Part shown: in pieces, positions 42,182 through 56,389 of the stretch
Layout: each line of letters begins with the position of its first letter
Numbering within the stretch: position 1 is the stretch's first letter
Assembly (NCBI RefSeq): GCF_963676685.1
Contig: NC_092357.1
Location: 14,446,001 to 14,510,000, forward strand
Direction of reading: 5' to 3'
Length of the DNA: 64,000 nucleotides
DNA from: Mytilus edulis
Lineage: Eukaryota
Made by a program: the position numbers and the translations under genes
Notes under the pieces: generated by a model
What the model was told of the DNA's origin: nothing
The model's input: the letters and a program-made list of their open reading frames with translations, nothing else
The model's database searches: none

Positions 42182-42620
42182 GAATCATATTCAAAACAGT
42201 GTGGCTGTGGCCATTGAATGACGACCTAAATTATCCCTTTGACTGGGACAGATTATGTGAACGTTTGTCTGTAACGACCACGGCTCTTTAGGTACTTATT
42301 AAAGACACTGTAACTGTGGGGTCACCAAAGGTTCTCAAAACCTTAATAAAGTAATTCGAAAAATTAATCAGGAATAACACGATGTTTTGATTTACATCAA
42401 TAATATAAATCAAAACATAAAGGTTATTCCTGATTATTTTTCGATTTTTTCATTATTAAAGGCGTTAAGAACCTTTGGTGGCCCCACAGTTTAAATTCTA
42501 AAATAAGTGAGTAGTGAGCAGTGATCGTTATAGACAAACGTTCACCAAATCTGTCCCAGTCAATGGGATAATTTAGGTCGTCAATCAATGGCCACAGCCA
42601 CACTGTTTTAAATATGATTC
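42182..42620. mobile_element. Palindromic MITE (about 440 bp), TA-flanked
   Basis: gaatcatattcaaaacagtgtggctgtggccattga... is mirrored by ...tcaatggccacagccacactgttttaaatatgattc; the arms are about 200 bp. Confidence 0.9.
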
Positions 42621-42696
42621 TAATTGGAATAAAAATTATCCTATTTTGTAATACTAATTCACCGGACCAAAATAAAACAAAACAAAACAAAACTGA

Positions 42697-42769
42697 TATG
42701 TATCATGTGATTAGTTGTCGATACGTATCATGTGATTAGTTGTCGATACGTATCATGTGATTAGTTGTC
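42697..42769. repeat. 25-bp tandem repeat, 3 copies
   Basis: tatcatgtgattagttgtcgatacg at 42701, 42726 and 42751. Confidence 0.9.
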
Positions 42770-43569
42770 TGAGTCTTTAAAAGTCTTAGAACTAAATGTT
42801 CAATATTTCATTAATGTTTATTTGAAATGTACACGAAAGACTTTGTGGTGTAATACCATTTTAACACGCTACCGACATTAAGTTGGAAACTAAGTACTAT
42901 TAGATCTGAGACTAATAAAACCAAGAAAGATCTAGTCAACCTAAGATTATATCAAATGGTCTGCTGAATATGTTTGGAACATAAAGAGCGGGTTTGATTT
43001 TTTAAGAACTTTATTTTTTTGTACCCCTATTTGTGACATTTTGTTCATGCATCATTGTCGATATAATGGAAATTGATGAGAGGTTTGGCGCTATAAAACA
43101 AGATTCAATCCACCATTGTCTACATTTGAAAATGCCTGAATCAAGTCAGGAATATGACAGTTGTTGTCCATTCGTTTGATGTGTTTTATCATTTGATTTT
43201 GCCATTTGATTAGGGACTTTCCGTATTGAATTTTCATCGGTGTTCAGTATTTTTGTGATTTTACTTTTTTTTAATATCATAAGTTACTGTACAAACATTT
43301 ATGACAAATATTAGACTTAATATATTGTGATTAAGATTATAACACAACGAATACTATTGTACCCCTATGTTTGACATTTTTACATATTATGACTCTGTGG
43401 ATTGTACACACACCGTTGTCAATTTAATAGATTATTTTGTTACCGTCATACTTGTAATTGACAGGTATATCCATTCGTGTGATGTGTTTGAAATGATGAT
43501 CTTGACATTTGCTTTGGGACTTTTAAATTTTCCCCGCAGTTCGCTATTTTTGTTATTTTAGTATATACT

Positions 43570-43925
43570 GATAAATAAGAGGTAATGTATTTACTTTTCT
43601 ACATTGGTTAGAGGTATAGGGGGAGGGTTGAGATCTCACAAACATGTTTAACCCCGCCGCATTTTTGTCCAAGTCAGGAGCCTCTGGCCTTTGTTAGTCT
43701 TGTATTATTTTAATTTTAGTTTCTTGTGTACAATTTGGAAATTAGTATGGCGTTCATTATCACTGGACTAGTATATATTTGTTTAGGGGCCAGTTGATGG
43801 ACGCCTCCGGGTGCGGGAATTTCTCGCTACATTGAAGACCTGTTGGTGACCCTCTGCTGTTGTTTTTTATTTGGTCGGGTTGTTGTCTCTTTGACACCTT
43901 CCCCATTTCCATTCTCAATTTTATG
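43570..43925 (-). repeat. Dispersed repeat family (gagaatggaaatgggga...cccgcacccggagg)
   Basis: Second copy at about 52108-52265 (+). Both produce the same spurious MEMGxVSKRQQPD ORF fragments. Confidence 0.8.
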
Positions 43926-44873
43926 TATAGTTTATTGATGTTCAAATATGATTGATCCTTTAGAAATATGCAAATCAAGATAACATACAAAAACTTTTGG
44001 GATCCCATTAAACCCAGAAAGAGGTAGACTAAGTGCATCAACGGGGTAAGCGTCTCCGGCTAGCATGCATTTGCAGTCATGCAAATACGCAATTAAATTA
44101 TTCTAGATTTACAATGCATGATGGTAATTTAAAAAGAAAAATCACAGAATCACCGAGAAATATTCAAAAAGGAAAGTCTCTTATCAAATGGCAAAATCAA
44201 AAGCCCTTAAACATAAAAAACATCAAATGAAAGGTTAACAGCTGTCATATTCCTGACTTGGTACATGCATTTTCCTATGTGGAAAATGGTGAATAAAACC
44301 TGGTTTTATAGCCAGCTAAACCAATGCACATGAACACAGAATATATGAAAAGAAGATCACACAGTTATTATATATATATGTTTCAGAAGTGTATCTATAT
44401 TTAGAAATGTTTTTATAATAAGGAAATATTGCATATCAATAGATAAATTTTGATTTCCCAATCTGACATATGCTTCCAATCGTTTAATATATTTTGCTTC
44501 TTTTAAAGCTTTAGCCTCGGGATTCCTTTACATAAGACATAAAGGAAACACTTTTCCTGTGTACTCATATGTACCACATGCTTATTGTAATCACCCAAGG
44601 TTTATGGGATATAATGTCTTCAGTTCTAAAACTATTTAATAAAGGAAAATTAAAACTACTTCGGGCTAATATGGCAATATACTGCTTTGACTTCTATTTA
44701 TAGCTATTTTGTTTTGATGCACACTCAAGTTTAAAGCCTTTGGGTTTACAAACTGATCTTGTGTATTTTATTTCTGAAATTGCACCATGTGCAGTGTTAT
44801 ACAAGGAACTAACGAGAGACAACACAAAATGATCAGAGATAACCAACAAATATCTTAAATCAAGTCATTTAAA

Positions 44874-45110
44874 AACAAGAATGTGTCCTCAGTACACGAA
44901 TGCCCCACTCGCACTATCATTTTCCATATTCAGTGGACCGTGAAATTGGGGTAAAAACTCTAATTTGGCATTAAAATTAGAAAGATCATATCATAGGGAA
45001 CATGTGTACTAAGTTTGAAGTCGATTGGACTTCATCTTCATCAAAAACTACCTTGACCAAAAACTTTAACCTGAAGCGGGACAGACGGACGAACGGAGGT
45101 GGGGCATAAA
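44874..45110 (+). mobile_element. Helentron-associated (HINE/pearl-like) non-autonomous element
   Basis: aacaagaatgtgtcc start, ~150-bp core, GACG/ACGG microsatellite, ggggcataaa end. Other copies at about 4048-4302 (-) and 7150-7530 (+). Confidence 0.7.
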
Positions 45111-47113
45111 TATAGTGCCAATACAACCTGATATATTATGAAGTTGCAACCAACTATGAGAGGTCACAACAGAACTCTAAACGAATGTAATTTACTTTGT
45201 CCTCTGAAACCGTAAGTATAACAAACACTTACATTGAACAAATTGTACAGCTGTAGTTTTGGTCAGAAATTCCTCAATTGATCAAACATTTATTAAACCT
45301 TAGATTCATGAAAATCTTTTTCATGGAGTCATACATGCGTTTGCTTCCGTTGTACGTTAAAGATATATTCATGTCAGGTTTAGGATTTACGGACTACTTG
45401 TTATTTTGCCTACAAAACAGGGTTGAATATTTTGCCCCATTTCACCCACTTTTCTTTTCATAAAAGACTTCAATAGCTCACAAAAAGCTCATAAATTTTC
45501 TTACGATTTGAGACTCAAATAATGCTAATGCTACATTTAAGATATATAAATCTGATTCAGCATTTTCCCACTATTTTGTTAAAAGTTAAATATCCAAAAA
45601 AAAGGATACTTTTTTTTAGCTTATCTTATTCATAAGCCAATGCTCTTCTGGTTTAAAGTATCACTTTAAAATTCTAGTTTTTTTTTAAATTTCACCTGAC
45701 TACATTTTTACATCCTTATATATCAGAAAAAAAGATAGGAACGAGAGAATTGTAATGCAATGTCATGTTATCTACACATTCATCATTAGAATAATATTGT
45801 TAAAATACGTAATTACCCGTGAAATACATGTTTCTAAGATCAAAAATGTTAATTTTAATATTTATTGCTTATTTTATACAGATATATGAAGATTTTTTTG
45901 AATGATTATACATGTTTGCAGCATATTATCGGTTTCCAATGAAAATATTTTTGATGGAAAATTGTTTTATTGTTTCACTTGACAGAACGGTTTATTTGAG
46001 GTAAAGAAAAAAGATATAAAAATTATCAATATTTATTTCGAATGGGACCAAAGAACAGAAACTAATCAAATAAATTTTCTATCATCGTTAATAGATTTCA
46101 TTGATTTTCCCAGAAAAACAAAGTCTATTTGCACACCGACAGATTGATTAATTAGACATTAGTGGCAGCCATCTTCTTTACACATGTTTTGTGATGACAT
46201 CATTGGTTGTACTACTGTGAACTTCTGACTCAACTGACTGAATGATGTCATTCGTATCATGCGTCATGTCGATCATTGTGTCATCTGATATCTTAACAAA
46301 ATTCAAAATAAATGGCAATTTGAAATAACCAAACACAATATGGTTGTCAGGAATATGACCGTTGTTATCCATTTGTTTGATGTGTTTGAGCTTTTGATTT
46401 TGTCATTTGACTACGGACTTTCCGCTTTGAATTTTTCTTGGAGATCAGTATTTCTGTTATTTTACTCGTTTCATATATAAGGGACAAATGTGTGCCATAC
46501 ATGATGTAAAAAAAGGGAGATGTGGTATGAAAAAAAAGTTTAAGCCACATTTAACCCTTAATATAAAGCAAAAACAAATCAAAATCTATAATTTCTTTTA
46601 TTTTCATAAATCATGATGCATTGCCATAGCAACGAATTATTCTATAAATGAACATTCCTATTTTTGCAATTATTGTAGCTGATTTACGTAAAAAGGAGTA
46701 AATAAATATATCCTACATGAAAAATGATACATATTTTTAACCCAACCCTATAAACATATTTTATATCATTTTATTTTACGTAATGCCAACACGATAAGGT
46801 ATATTGTAATTTAAATGCAATATAAACTATAAATGAAACACGCGTTAATACAAAGGGAATGTGATATTTCATTAGAAAATAAATTACTAATTCATAACGT
46901 CACTGAACAGAAAAGGCATCAAGTCTGAAATTAACACACTAAAGGTCCAGGAAGTAACAAGTTCAGAGGTCAATTCTGATGTCACAGTCACATTCAACAT
47001 GAACTGATTGTACAAATGAATAAGACGTATAATTTATACAAAAAAAGGGGAGGGGAAGAAGTAACCTAGGTGTAACCAAAAACTTTAAGTCTATGAAAAA
47101 CAAACAAAATAAT

Positions 47114-47221
47114 AACTAAAATAATAAAAATCAACCCATGAAACTTTACAGAATCAAAAATACTGTTGCCTTTATTTTTGATTCTGTAAAGTTTCATGGG
47201 TTGATTTTTATTATTTTAGTT
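47114..47221. repeat. Perfect 49-bp inverted repeat with 10-nt loop
   Basis: 47114-47162 is the exact reverse complement of 47173-47221. Confidence 0.93.
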
Positions 47222-50027
47222 GCCTTTATTTACTATAGTGACAACATTTTAAAAAGTTGATGGAAACAAACAAAATTGCAATTTTCTTCTCAATAACGAT
47301 GTGTTTTATTTTAAAAACACCATTTGCATAAGTTTTCAATTTATCTAGTACATAGTTGAGCAGAACAATTCGATATCAAGTCGACGACATGGATATCTTT
47401 CAAGGTGGATGAAGAAAATGCATAACCTCCGATTTTTTTGAAAAAGTTACCACGGACGGAAAACATATCAATCCATAAGTTCAGTAATTTTCGAGTCTTC
47501 CCTTTTATTATGTGACTGAAGAAAAAATTCCAAAAAATGGGTAACAATTGTATTGAAAAGAAAAAATCGAGTGCACCTTTTTATGTTAGGGCGTGTTTGA
47601 GTTGCCAAACAAAACTATAAATAAAGGCAACAGTAGTATACCGCTGTTCAAACTCATAAATCCATGGACAAAAAACAAAATCGGGGTAACAAACTAAAAC
47701 TGAGGGAAACGCATATCAGAGGAGAACAACGACACAACACTACAATGTACTTAACACACACAGAAACGGACCAAGCATCAGACAAAACATAGATTGTTGC
47801 ATAAATTATACGTTTTATTCATTTGTGCAATCAGTTCATGTTGAAAGTGACTGTGACATCAGACAAAACACCTACTATCATCCCGGGATAAACACATGTG
47901 ATGAAAGAGAGGGATTCAGCATTTACACAAGTTATTTAAGTATTGATAACAGCAATGAAGACTAGTTTAAAATTTTCACGTTTTCAATTATTTGCATGTA
48001 AAATTTAACTTTTATACATTTAGGAATTACTTAAATGTATGGTATTTCTGCTTGCAACATTTTTGTGTAATATATTATAGATTTTTCTTTTATAAGTAAT
48101 TTGATTGTGGTGAAACCAAGACCTTGACAATTTGTCTGATCTCTTTAGTTCTATTCAGTTATTTGGCTTCACAGACAAGTGTGCAAGGCTAATTTAGAAA
48201 CACGTATCATGTCTTCTGCCATAGGTAGCATATGAATGTAACAAAAAACTAGTAGTTTTGTCTATTCCACTGAAAAAGATTTTCACATTCCCAATTCATC
48301 GTTTATACACTACAGCAAACTAGGTATGCCCTACACCAGGCAAGAAACCGCATTTAAGAATCCTCTTTTATGTTCAAATACAGTTCCCTTAAGATAGTAC
48401 ATTTGTCATTTCCCTTTTTTATTAATTTCTATGTTTTATGTAAGGGACAAAGAGAAGAGAGTTAAAATAGATTTTTAATTTTAATACTTTAGTTGTAATG
48501 ATTGAAAATTAAAGAAGGTTTCAGGGATGGAGCAGGAGGGTATTATTTCCATTCATGTGATATCTCATGACGTGTACATGTTACTTGCAAGAAGAGATGT
48601 GTAATCATGGTTTATTTTTTAAATATGTATGTGCTATTTCTAGATTTTGGATATATTTTATGTCTTTTATTACATATTATACTCAAAGGATTTGCCGAAA
48701 GCACCGGTGTGGTTTTATAACGTGACAAAACAATATAAAAAACATATGGGGATAGTAATTGTGGTTTCGAGACATCAATGATCCCATTTATTTGCTGGAA
48801 ATTCTAATTTCGATATTAACACCATAATTCCGGAAATAAGTTGTAAGAAAAAGCATATTAAATTTCTACCTAAAAAGAGGAGACGCTACCAAGGGGGCAA
48901 TCAAAATTCACAAGTCCAAGCCGCAATACATCATGAGGGGGAAACTAAAGCATCTTATTTCAATGATTAAACCTATTTTATTCAATAGCTTTAAATTATT
49001 TTTGGCTTTGCCCTAATTTCTTAATCGAATAAAAGAAGTTTGCTCATTTTAAATTCAGATATTATAAAAGATCTATTCCTTTGGAAAATTTCATACGAAC
49101 AATTCTTCACATTTAATGCTCATACACGTTTTGAAATCAATTTATAATCAATTTTGGTTGCCATGCAAGTTTAATGTATAGAAATATTTTCCTGGAAATT
49201 GTTATGGAAATATCTATAGATTTTTTGCAGTTACTTAGGCGAATTAAAAATTCCATTCACGTAGGGCGATGTAAAACAATAGATATAAGTCTAAATAGAC
49301 ATTCGAAAATATGTTATTTGTATGCGAAGAAGTTTTAAACCTCCAAAACTGCTTAATTTGTAAATTCTTATCTTTCAACATAAAATGAAAAAATTGAGCA
49401 GAATATAAACGATTTTTATTGTGCATCGTCATCGAAAACTGCTATCTAGTGGTTATATTTAACATGGTGTTTTTATTTGCCCTTTTAGTCAGGGATCCAT
49501 TCAACTCTCGGCTAGACGAGACGTGGGCACACATTTTATTTAAAACCATTAAATTACCCAATATAGAACTTTAAAATTGTAAGGTTCAGGACCTTTTTTG
49601 TATTTTTCTCTAGCTTCACTAGTAAAAACCTACGACTATCCCTATTATTAGTTAATATCATTGTTTACAGTCAGATAAAGATTATTTATTCATCATTTCG
49701 CAACGTAACAGACAAATAAAATATATTTTGCATAGTACGAGGGCCTGCAAGGAGTTATAGAATAAAGAATTATAGGTCCAGCCTACATGAAAATGAAAAC
49801 GAAGAGAGTAAAATAAGCCAAAAAAAGACTAGAGAATAATGAGGTGCTAAAATATATACAAAAAAAGAGGAAAAAATAGGCAAATTTTATATAGAACAGT
49901 GAAAATGGATTAAAAAGAAAACAGATTTGTATGACCCCTATCAAAGACCCTCTGTAATCAACGTTATTACACTATTGTTTTAATGGTACTGGCTATGTTT
50001 AGTTATTCTCAAAGATAGAAAGACTTG

Positions 50028-50225
50028 GTTATGAAATAAACACTTTTGGAATACATACAGAACCAATTCGACTGTGTACAGTACAAGGTAGCACAAACAA
50101 AAACAAAAGTTATGAAATAAACACTTTTGGAATACATACAGAACCAATTCGACTGTGCACAGTACAAGGTAGCACAAACAAAAACAAAAGCTATGAAATA
50201 AACACTTTCAAATATAAAGAACCAA
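50028..50225. repeat. 81-bp tandem repeat, about 2.4 copies
   Basis: gttatgaaataaacacttttggaatacatacagaaccaattcgactgtg... at 50028 and 50109, plus a partial third copy. Confidence 0.9.
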
Positions 50226-53200
50226 ACTGACTGCATTCAAGCTAACAAGAAACAAGAAAAAAAATATGTAAACAAATAATCAATAGATATGATCGAAACA
50301 TAACCTTGCAAGTTATAAACGCATGTCCATTAGGAAAAATATAGCGTAAACGCCATGGTCATTCGACGTTTTTATTTATTACTACTTGTATTTAATCATG
50401 ATGGATCGCCATCTAATGCAACCACCATCACAGAGACAAATCATTTTATCGATTAACACTTGCTTTGGAGTGTTTTGGATAAGTAGCCATATTTGTGCTA
50501 ATTGTTTGTTATTAGAACCGTGTCGTATATCATTGTTTTAGGAATGTTTTGGAGAAACATGTGATAGGTCGAATGATTTAAATGAAACATTAAATCAACC
50601 AGATAATTATCAAGAGGCATATATGTTTTAATGAGGCTCTTTATGTCTAAGTTCATATTTCATGTTTCTCTATTCCTTATATTCTTTATGTTAACCAATA
50701 TTCCCTATTCTTTATACTTCAAAAAATTGGTTTATGGTAAATTCCACCATTTCCATTCTCAAATTTATTCTTCAATCTGTTATTTACTATGTTTTTTCTA
50801 ACATTCTCTATTCTTTATGGTTCAGCAATACGTTATTTTCAGTACTTTTATTCGATGTTTTCTCTATACTTTACCCCCCCTCCAACCAATACCTCATCAC
50901 CACCCTCACCCATCCCTAGTTCTGTAAATCCCTATAGAAACCTTATGCTATCGGTGTGCCATCATTATCAACTCCTTTATCGCAAGACTACACGATTTAA
51001 ATTATAAAAACATTCATCCTTTATAATTGCAATGGCACAAAACAGAAACCATACAAATAAGACATCGAGAGGTCAATATAAGACTTTCAACAATAGACAA
51101 ATGTATGCAAAAAGTTAATCACCCCGAGTGTCGAACAGTTGTGAATAAATTGAACAGATAGTAGTACTATGGAATATTTGTGAGCACACCAACTCATCCT
51201 AATGACAGAACATTCAGACTTAATATAAGACAACCACTGACAAAGTTTGTGATTTGGGACGGTGTGGTGGGGATGAGTTATAGTTGATTTGATACTGAAT
51301 CTTACTATCTCAATTTATATCTTGATACTTAAATTATGTCGCTAGAAACATCAAAACAAGGAAAATGTATAGTCAATTGATGTTTTTAAGATTAATTGAA
51401 ATTTAAAATATATTTCAGCTTGAAATTATCTTATTCAGATGACAACTGTAATTTTTCACCCTTAAACAATACATTATATGTAAAAAGTATAAGTCAAACA
51501 TTTTAAAATTGCATAAAATATAAAATCGAATAATAGGATAAGAGGGTCTCTAGTATTGCAATTTTGTTTGAGTCTTGATTCTTTAAAAAAAACTTAAACA
51601 TTGTTATAGCACATGTTGTCCTATTTAACATGCATTTCCATAACTAGCCTTCGTACACTTATATATCCATTTTACAGTATGAACATTTTAATCTAAACAT
51701 GTTAAGCTAAAACTATAAGTCTATGAAAACAGACAAAATAATAACCAAAAGCCTATAAAACACTATACAGAAACAAACATTCCTACTAGCATCTGAGCTG
51801 AATGGGAAGGGTTCAACAGTTTTTGTTTAGTGACGTTAAAGCATTTTCAAAGTCTGATTAAAGTTCAGAGTTTTGCTATCTATTTTATGTAAAATATTTA
51901 AATAGAGATAAGAGATAATGTTAACATCCTTACCTTAATTTTTAATTCTACAATGACTACTTAATATGCAAGGTTTGTTTCATTTTCTTAAAGATTATGT
52001 GAATTGAGTCTCGCCTTAAACCCTAGTGGAGTACCAAAAGGAAAATTCAATGAGACAACTCAAAACATGCCAAAGTATGGTATGAAAAACATGTCACAGT
52101 TATTAATAAAATCGAGAATGGAAATGGGGAATGTGTCAAAAAGACAACAACCCGACCATAGAGCAGACAACAGTCGAAGGCCACCAATGGGTCTTCAGTG
52201 CAACGAGAAACTCCCGCACCCGGAGGAGAACTTCAGCTGGACCCTAAACAAGTATGTATACTAGTATATTAAGTATGTTGTTGAATGCCAAGGTTATATC
52301 TAAGCAGTATCTTTGTATCCCAGATGGCAAGTAAAAAATAGTTGCTCTTTGCGACCCACTAGAGGCTTAATAAAAAACTTGTAGACATTATGTTTACATA
52401 CAGAACAGGATAAGACAACTGAGGGAGATGACCTTTGTTGAACTCGGCATGAAATTAATGTGGTTTTTTTATTTGTTGATAAACATGGAACAAACATATA
52501 GACATTGACCGATTAATTTCTTAATTTATAGCAACAGCACACACAATACTTAATTCACAAATCAGGGTGAAAGCATGTCAGAAATCTGGTATAGTATACT
52601 AAATATTGGTACCAAAATATGTAAAGTAATTGTTTTAAAAATTTGACCTAGATTAAGGGGTACCAAAAGTAGTAGTCTAAGAAAAAGATGTTCAAAATAA
52701 AAACTGTTTCACTCTATTATTGTAAAATAAATGCTCATATTTAACAACAAATGATTTGTAATCTCAAAAATAAAACGATTTTAATTGTCATGATTTTCTG
52801 CAGTTGGTACAAACTACATTTCAGATGATAAGAAGACTAGAAATTGTTTAAAGCCTTTCGAAACCAAAGTTATTCTATATCATTCTAAAAATAATACCGT
52901 TAAGTGTTTCATTCCTATTTAATGGTATGGTCAGATCATTTACAAAAAGAAAAGTCAAGTCAAATACTATTGAAAAAAAGCAAAGTCGGAAAAATGTGTT
53001 TTGCAAATTTACACTCGTTTTATGTATTAACAAATTATGCCAACATAAACACTTTTAAAAAACACGTCTCTGTTTTATGCAATTGCAATTTTAACAATCT
53101 TCATTGAGGTTAAATGATTATTTGTTTAAATCAAGCACAGTTTAAGTGGGCAAATTTGGTTTCATCAGTTGGTTTAAGTCCCTTAATATACTATGGGTTT

Positions 53201-53754
53201 TATGTCACAAGTCAATTTCAAAGTTGGTTATTGAATGTAAATATAACCATTTTAAAATTAAGTCCTGTAGTTCAACCACTCATTACAATAACAACGTTTA
53301 AAAAATAATTATGGATATATAAATATATATCTCAAATGCACTCGTTTATTAAAAATTAATTGCAATATGAATGCGTGAAATAGCAAACATGTTATTTTAA
53401 TAATACTATGTTTTAAATATCGCTAGATGTTAATTGCTATGAAAAACGTTATAACAATAACTCGCGGATGATTTTAGACAAAATATAATATCTATAAATA
53501 TTTACAGTAGAAAAATAATAAATTGAGAAAGACAAAAATATATTTTCAAGATCAAATACAAATTATGTGTGATTGTTTATAATGAATTATTGGCTGTTAT
53601 TTGTGATACATGTTAATCGATGTAAACGTTGAATAAAGCTGCTATGCTACAGAATCAACGATAGATAATCAATGACAATTTCATATATAGCGTCCATATT
53701 AGAAAAACCAGGGAAGAAAAATCATAAGTAAAAAAATATTATAACAAAACTTAC

Positions 53755-53759
53755 ATCAT
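53755..53759 (-). CDS. inx: Innexin alternative first exon 1b, coding part (ATG AT); 5'UTR probably extends to ~54150
   Basis: Minus strand reads gacgaa ATG AT|GTAAGT, a perfect donor in phase 2. Joining to the G at 30196 gives ATG ATG CTT GAC = MMLDSVLG, a typical short innexin N-terminus. Intron 30197..53754 (23,558 bp); product 402 aa. Confidence 0.62.
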
Positions 53760-54148
53760 TTCGTCTTTAGGAATAGGTTTATACGCAAATTTCTTTCGAA
53801 AAAGAAAACATATCATTTCTAATTCAAATCCCTAGATGCAAATAAATCTCCACCGCCAATATCCTGCAACTCATTCTTAACTTCTATAATTATTCCTATA
53901 ACAATCCTGCTGCCTTTACTGAACAAAATCTGCCATACTTTATTCCGAAGGTATGTTCTTCCGAAGGTATGTTCCGAAGGTAGCAATCGATGCTTCTACC
54001 TTGTTCACCTATTATAAACTGGAATATATTTACATTCACCGGTTCCATTGCTATCGTTGGACATCAATAATTTAAACAGAGGATCGGAGAACGTGTAAGT
54101 AAATAGTAAAGGGTTATTATTGTATGCAGACCTGATGAATAGCGTTAG

Positions 54149-54310
54149 AACTGATAAATAATCAAAATCAATTATTCAGCAATAGTTTCGAATTTTTAAT
54201 GGCGGGAAAGCGTATTATGATCTCGTTGAATCATAATGAATTAGAAAGAGATGTTGCGTCATTTTACTAGATTGTATGGCAATAGTGCATTAGACAAAAC
54301 AACCACGTGG
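54149..54310 (-). promoter_or_regulatory. Candidate core promoter of innexin exon 1b
   Basis: TCAGTT initiator-like motif on the minus strand at 54154..54149, about 390 nt upstream of the exon 1b ATG. TGACGCAA (CRE/ATF-like) near 54255 and a CACGTG E-box near 54305 lie further upstream. Short motifs only. Confidence 0.3.
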
Positions 54311-56389
54311 GTTAATGTAAGAAATGTATAAGGAATGGTTTAATCATACTATGAGGTACACTCCTAATTCAAAATAAATGCTAATTAATACGTGAAGAAA
54401 AAATAATTTGTGAAAATGTAGTAAACATTTGATTAAAGGTCAATGAATTACGTAGTATTGAGATTTATTCCTTGTCATTTAAATCTTGTTTTTAATGTTA
54501 CAAGACTCCTGAGGCAAGGTTGAGCTTAATGATTTTTTGTTGATCTTTTCAGGTTTATAAATATTTGTTGTGATGCTCTTAAATGTTTTATGAGTTACTT
54601 TGAGACTTGCGCGTGCTGGATATAGGTTTATTATAGATGCACATGTTTATTTATAAAGTATTTATCATACTGACAGTTAATATAAAAACAAGAAGATGTG
54701 GTAGTATGATTGCCATTGAGACAACTCACCACACGAGACCAAATGACACAGAAAAAAGCAACTATAGGTCACCGTACGTTTTTTTATGATACTATTAGTA
54801 ATTTCTTTTTTCAGTTCACTAATTTGATATCTACTATGAAGATAAGAGAAGCGAAGAGTTCCCAAGATTTTAATCTGGAGTATGTTAGAGGCCATGGAAA
54901 GAAGGTCTTCATTTCTATGTGTTTTATTGTCTATGCTTTTGTTTCTCCAGTCTTGTTTTGGGAAATTAATCACTTTTTTTGTTTATGTCGTTCCATTTAT
55001 GCTTTTGACAACATTATTTAAGTTAATCAGATCCATTTTAAATTTAGATCAGAATGAGTTCTTTCTATATCGTCAAAAAACATAAGGTATTCTATATATA
55101 CATAATATTGACAGATTTTATTGAAAAGAAAGAATGATTATTCCTCACTCAGGTATATTTTAAGCTGTTGATATCTTCAAAACAGAGCAGAACTGAAGTG
55201 AGAAAAATCATTAGAACATTTATCATTCAATGTAGCTACTGAAACTTTTCTTGGCAGATTAATGTCAATTTAGGTGAGACAAATATATCTTAATGTGCAT
55301 CATATAGTAATGGATTTAAAAGAAAACATAAACAAGTCGATAGCCAATCATGTATATATTGGAGCTTGGTACAAAAATATGGTAATTCTTATCTTTTTCC
55401 GTCAAAATCTAACCAACCAAAAAGAAGCAAAAAAAAAACCAACCGCACACATGATGAATAAAACACGCTTAACAGTTTGACTTGTTCTTCTCAGTCTTCT
55501 TGGGAGCTCGGTGAAACTTTCCAAACGATATTTAACTTTGGTAACATTGTTCTGTTAACTTCGTGTTAACTCGGCACATTTCGGTTCTCCTTCTAACGAA
55601 TAGACGGAGAGTAGCGGATTCTCCCGAGAATTGCCGATTGTGTAATTATAGATGCTCCGGAAAAGTAATGTTCAAGTCATATTTTGCACGTCATATTGAT
55701 TCATATTATTAGTACAAGTATTTCACCTTAACGCTTGCAAAATTATCATGTACCTTCAGCATGATCTAGAAGTTGCTAGGCACTTTTTCGTGTAATTTCA
55801 AAATGACAGGCCATTTAAATATGTCACTTAAAGCTTTGAAATTTTGAAATGTTTCATCAAGTGGCGCCGAAGTACTGAAAATATGCTTAAAAACATGAAA
55901 TATTCTTTTTATCATCAATACTTAAAATTCTATTAATTTTCGTTTGAAGTAAATAAAATGATTATAATTTCAGAAAATTTTATTTATAACCACACATGGA
56001 CATATTTCAAAGAATATTTGAAGTTTTCATGTTTGGTTTTAAACATATGTTGTTTCTATTTAAGGCCCTTCGTGTGAGATAACTTTCATGATGGAAAAGA
56101 TTATAGAAAATAGCTGGAAGACTTAAAACTTTATCATTATACACAGTAATTAAATCTAAGGCAAACAATGTGCATGTAAGGAGATGTAAAAATAACACTA
56201 CAAGGACAAAATATAGTCTTCCACAATATAACCGGTGAACTAAAACAAATAAGCGAGTCTATAAAATCTGTAAATAATCAAACAGTTGATCATGTTGATA
56301 CCAAACCTCAACAGGTAACAAAACTTCTTCAAAAAAAGCAAAAACATTTAGAAAGTCACAAAATAACCGCTAACGGGATTCTAAACATC

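Noticed and set aside
49980-50236. Cys-rich repeated ORFs
   Set aside because: Artefacts of the 81-bp tandem repeat, with non-ATG starts and no splice context.
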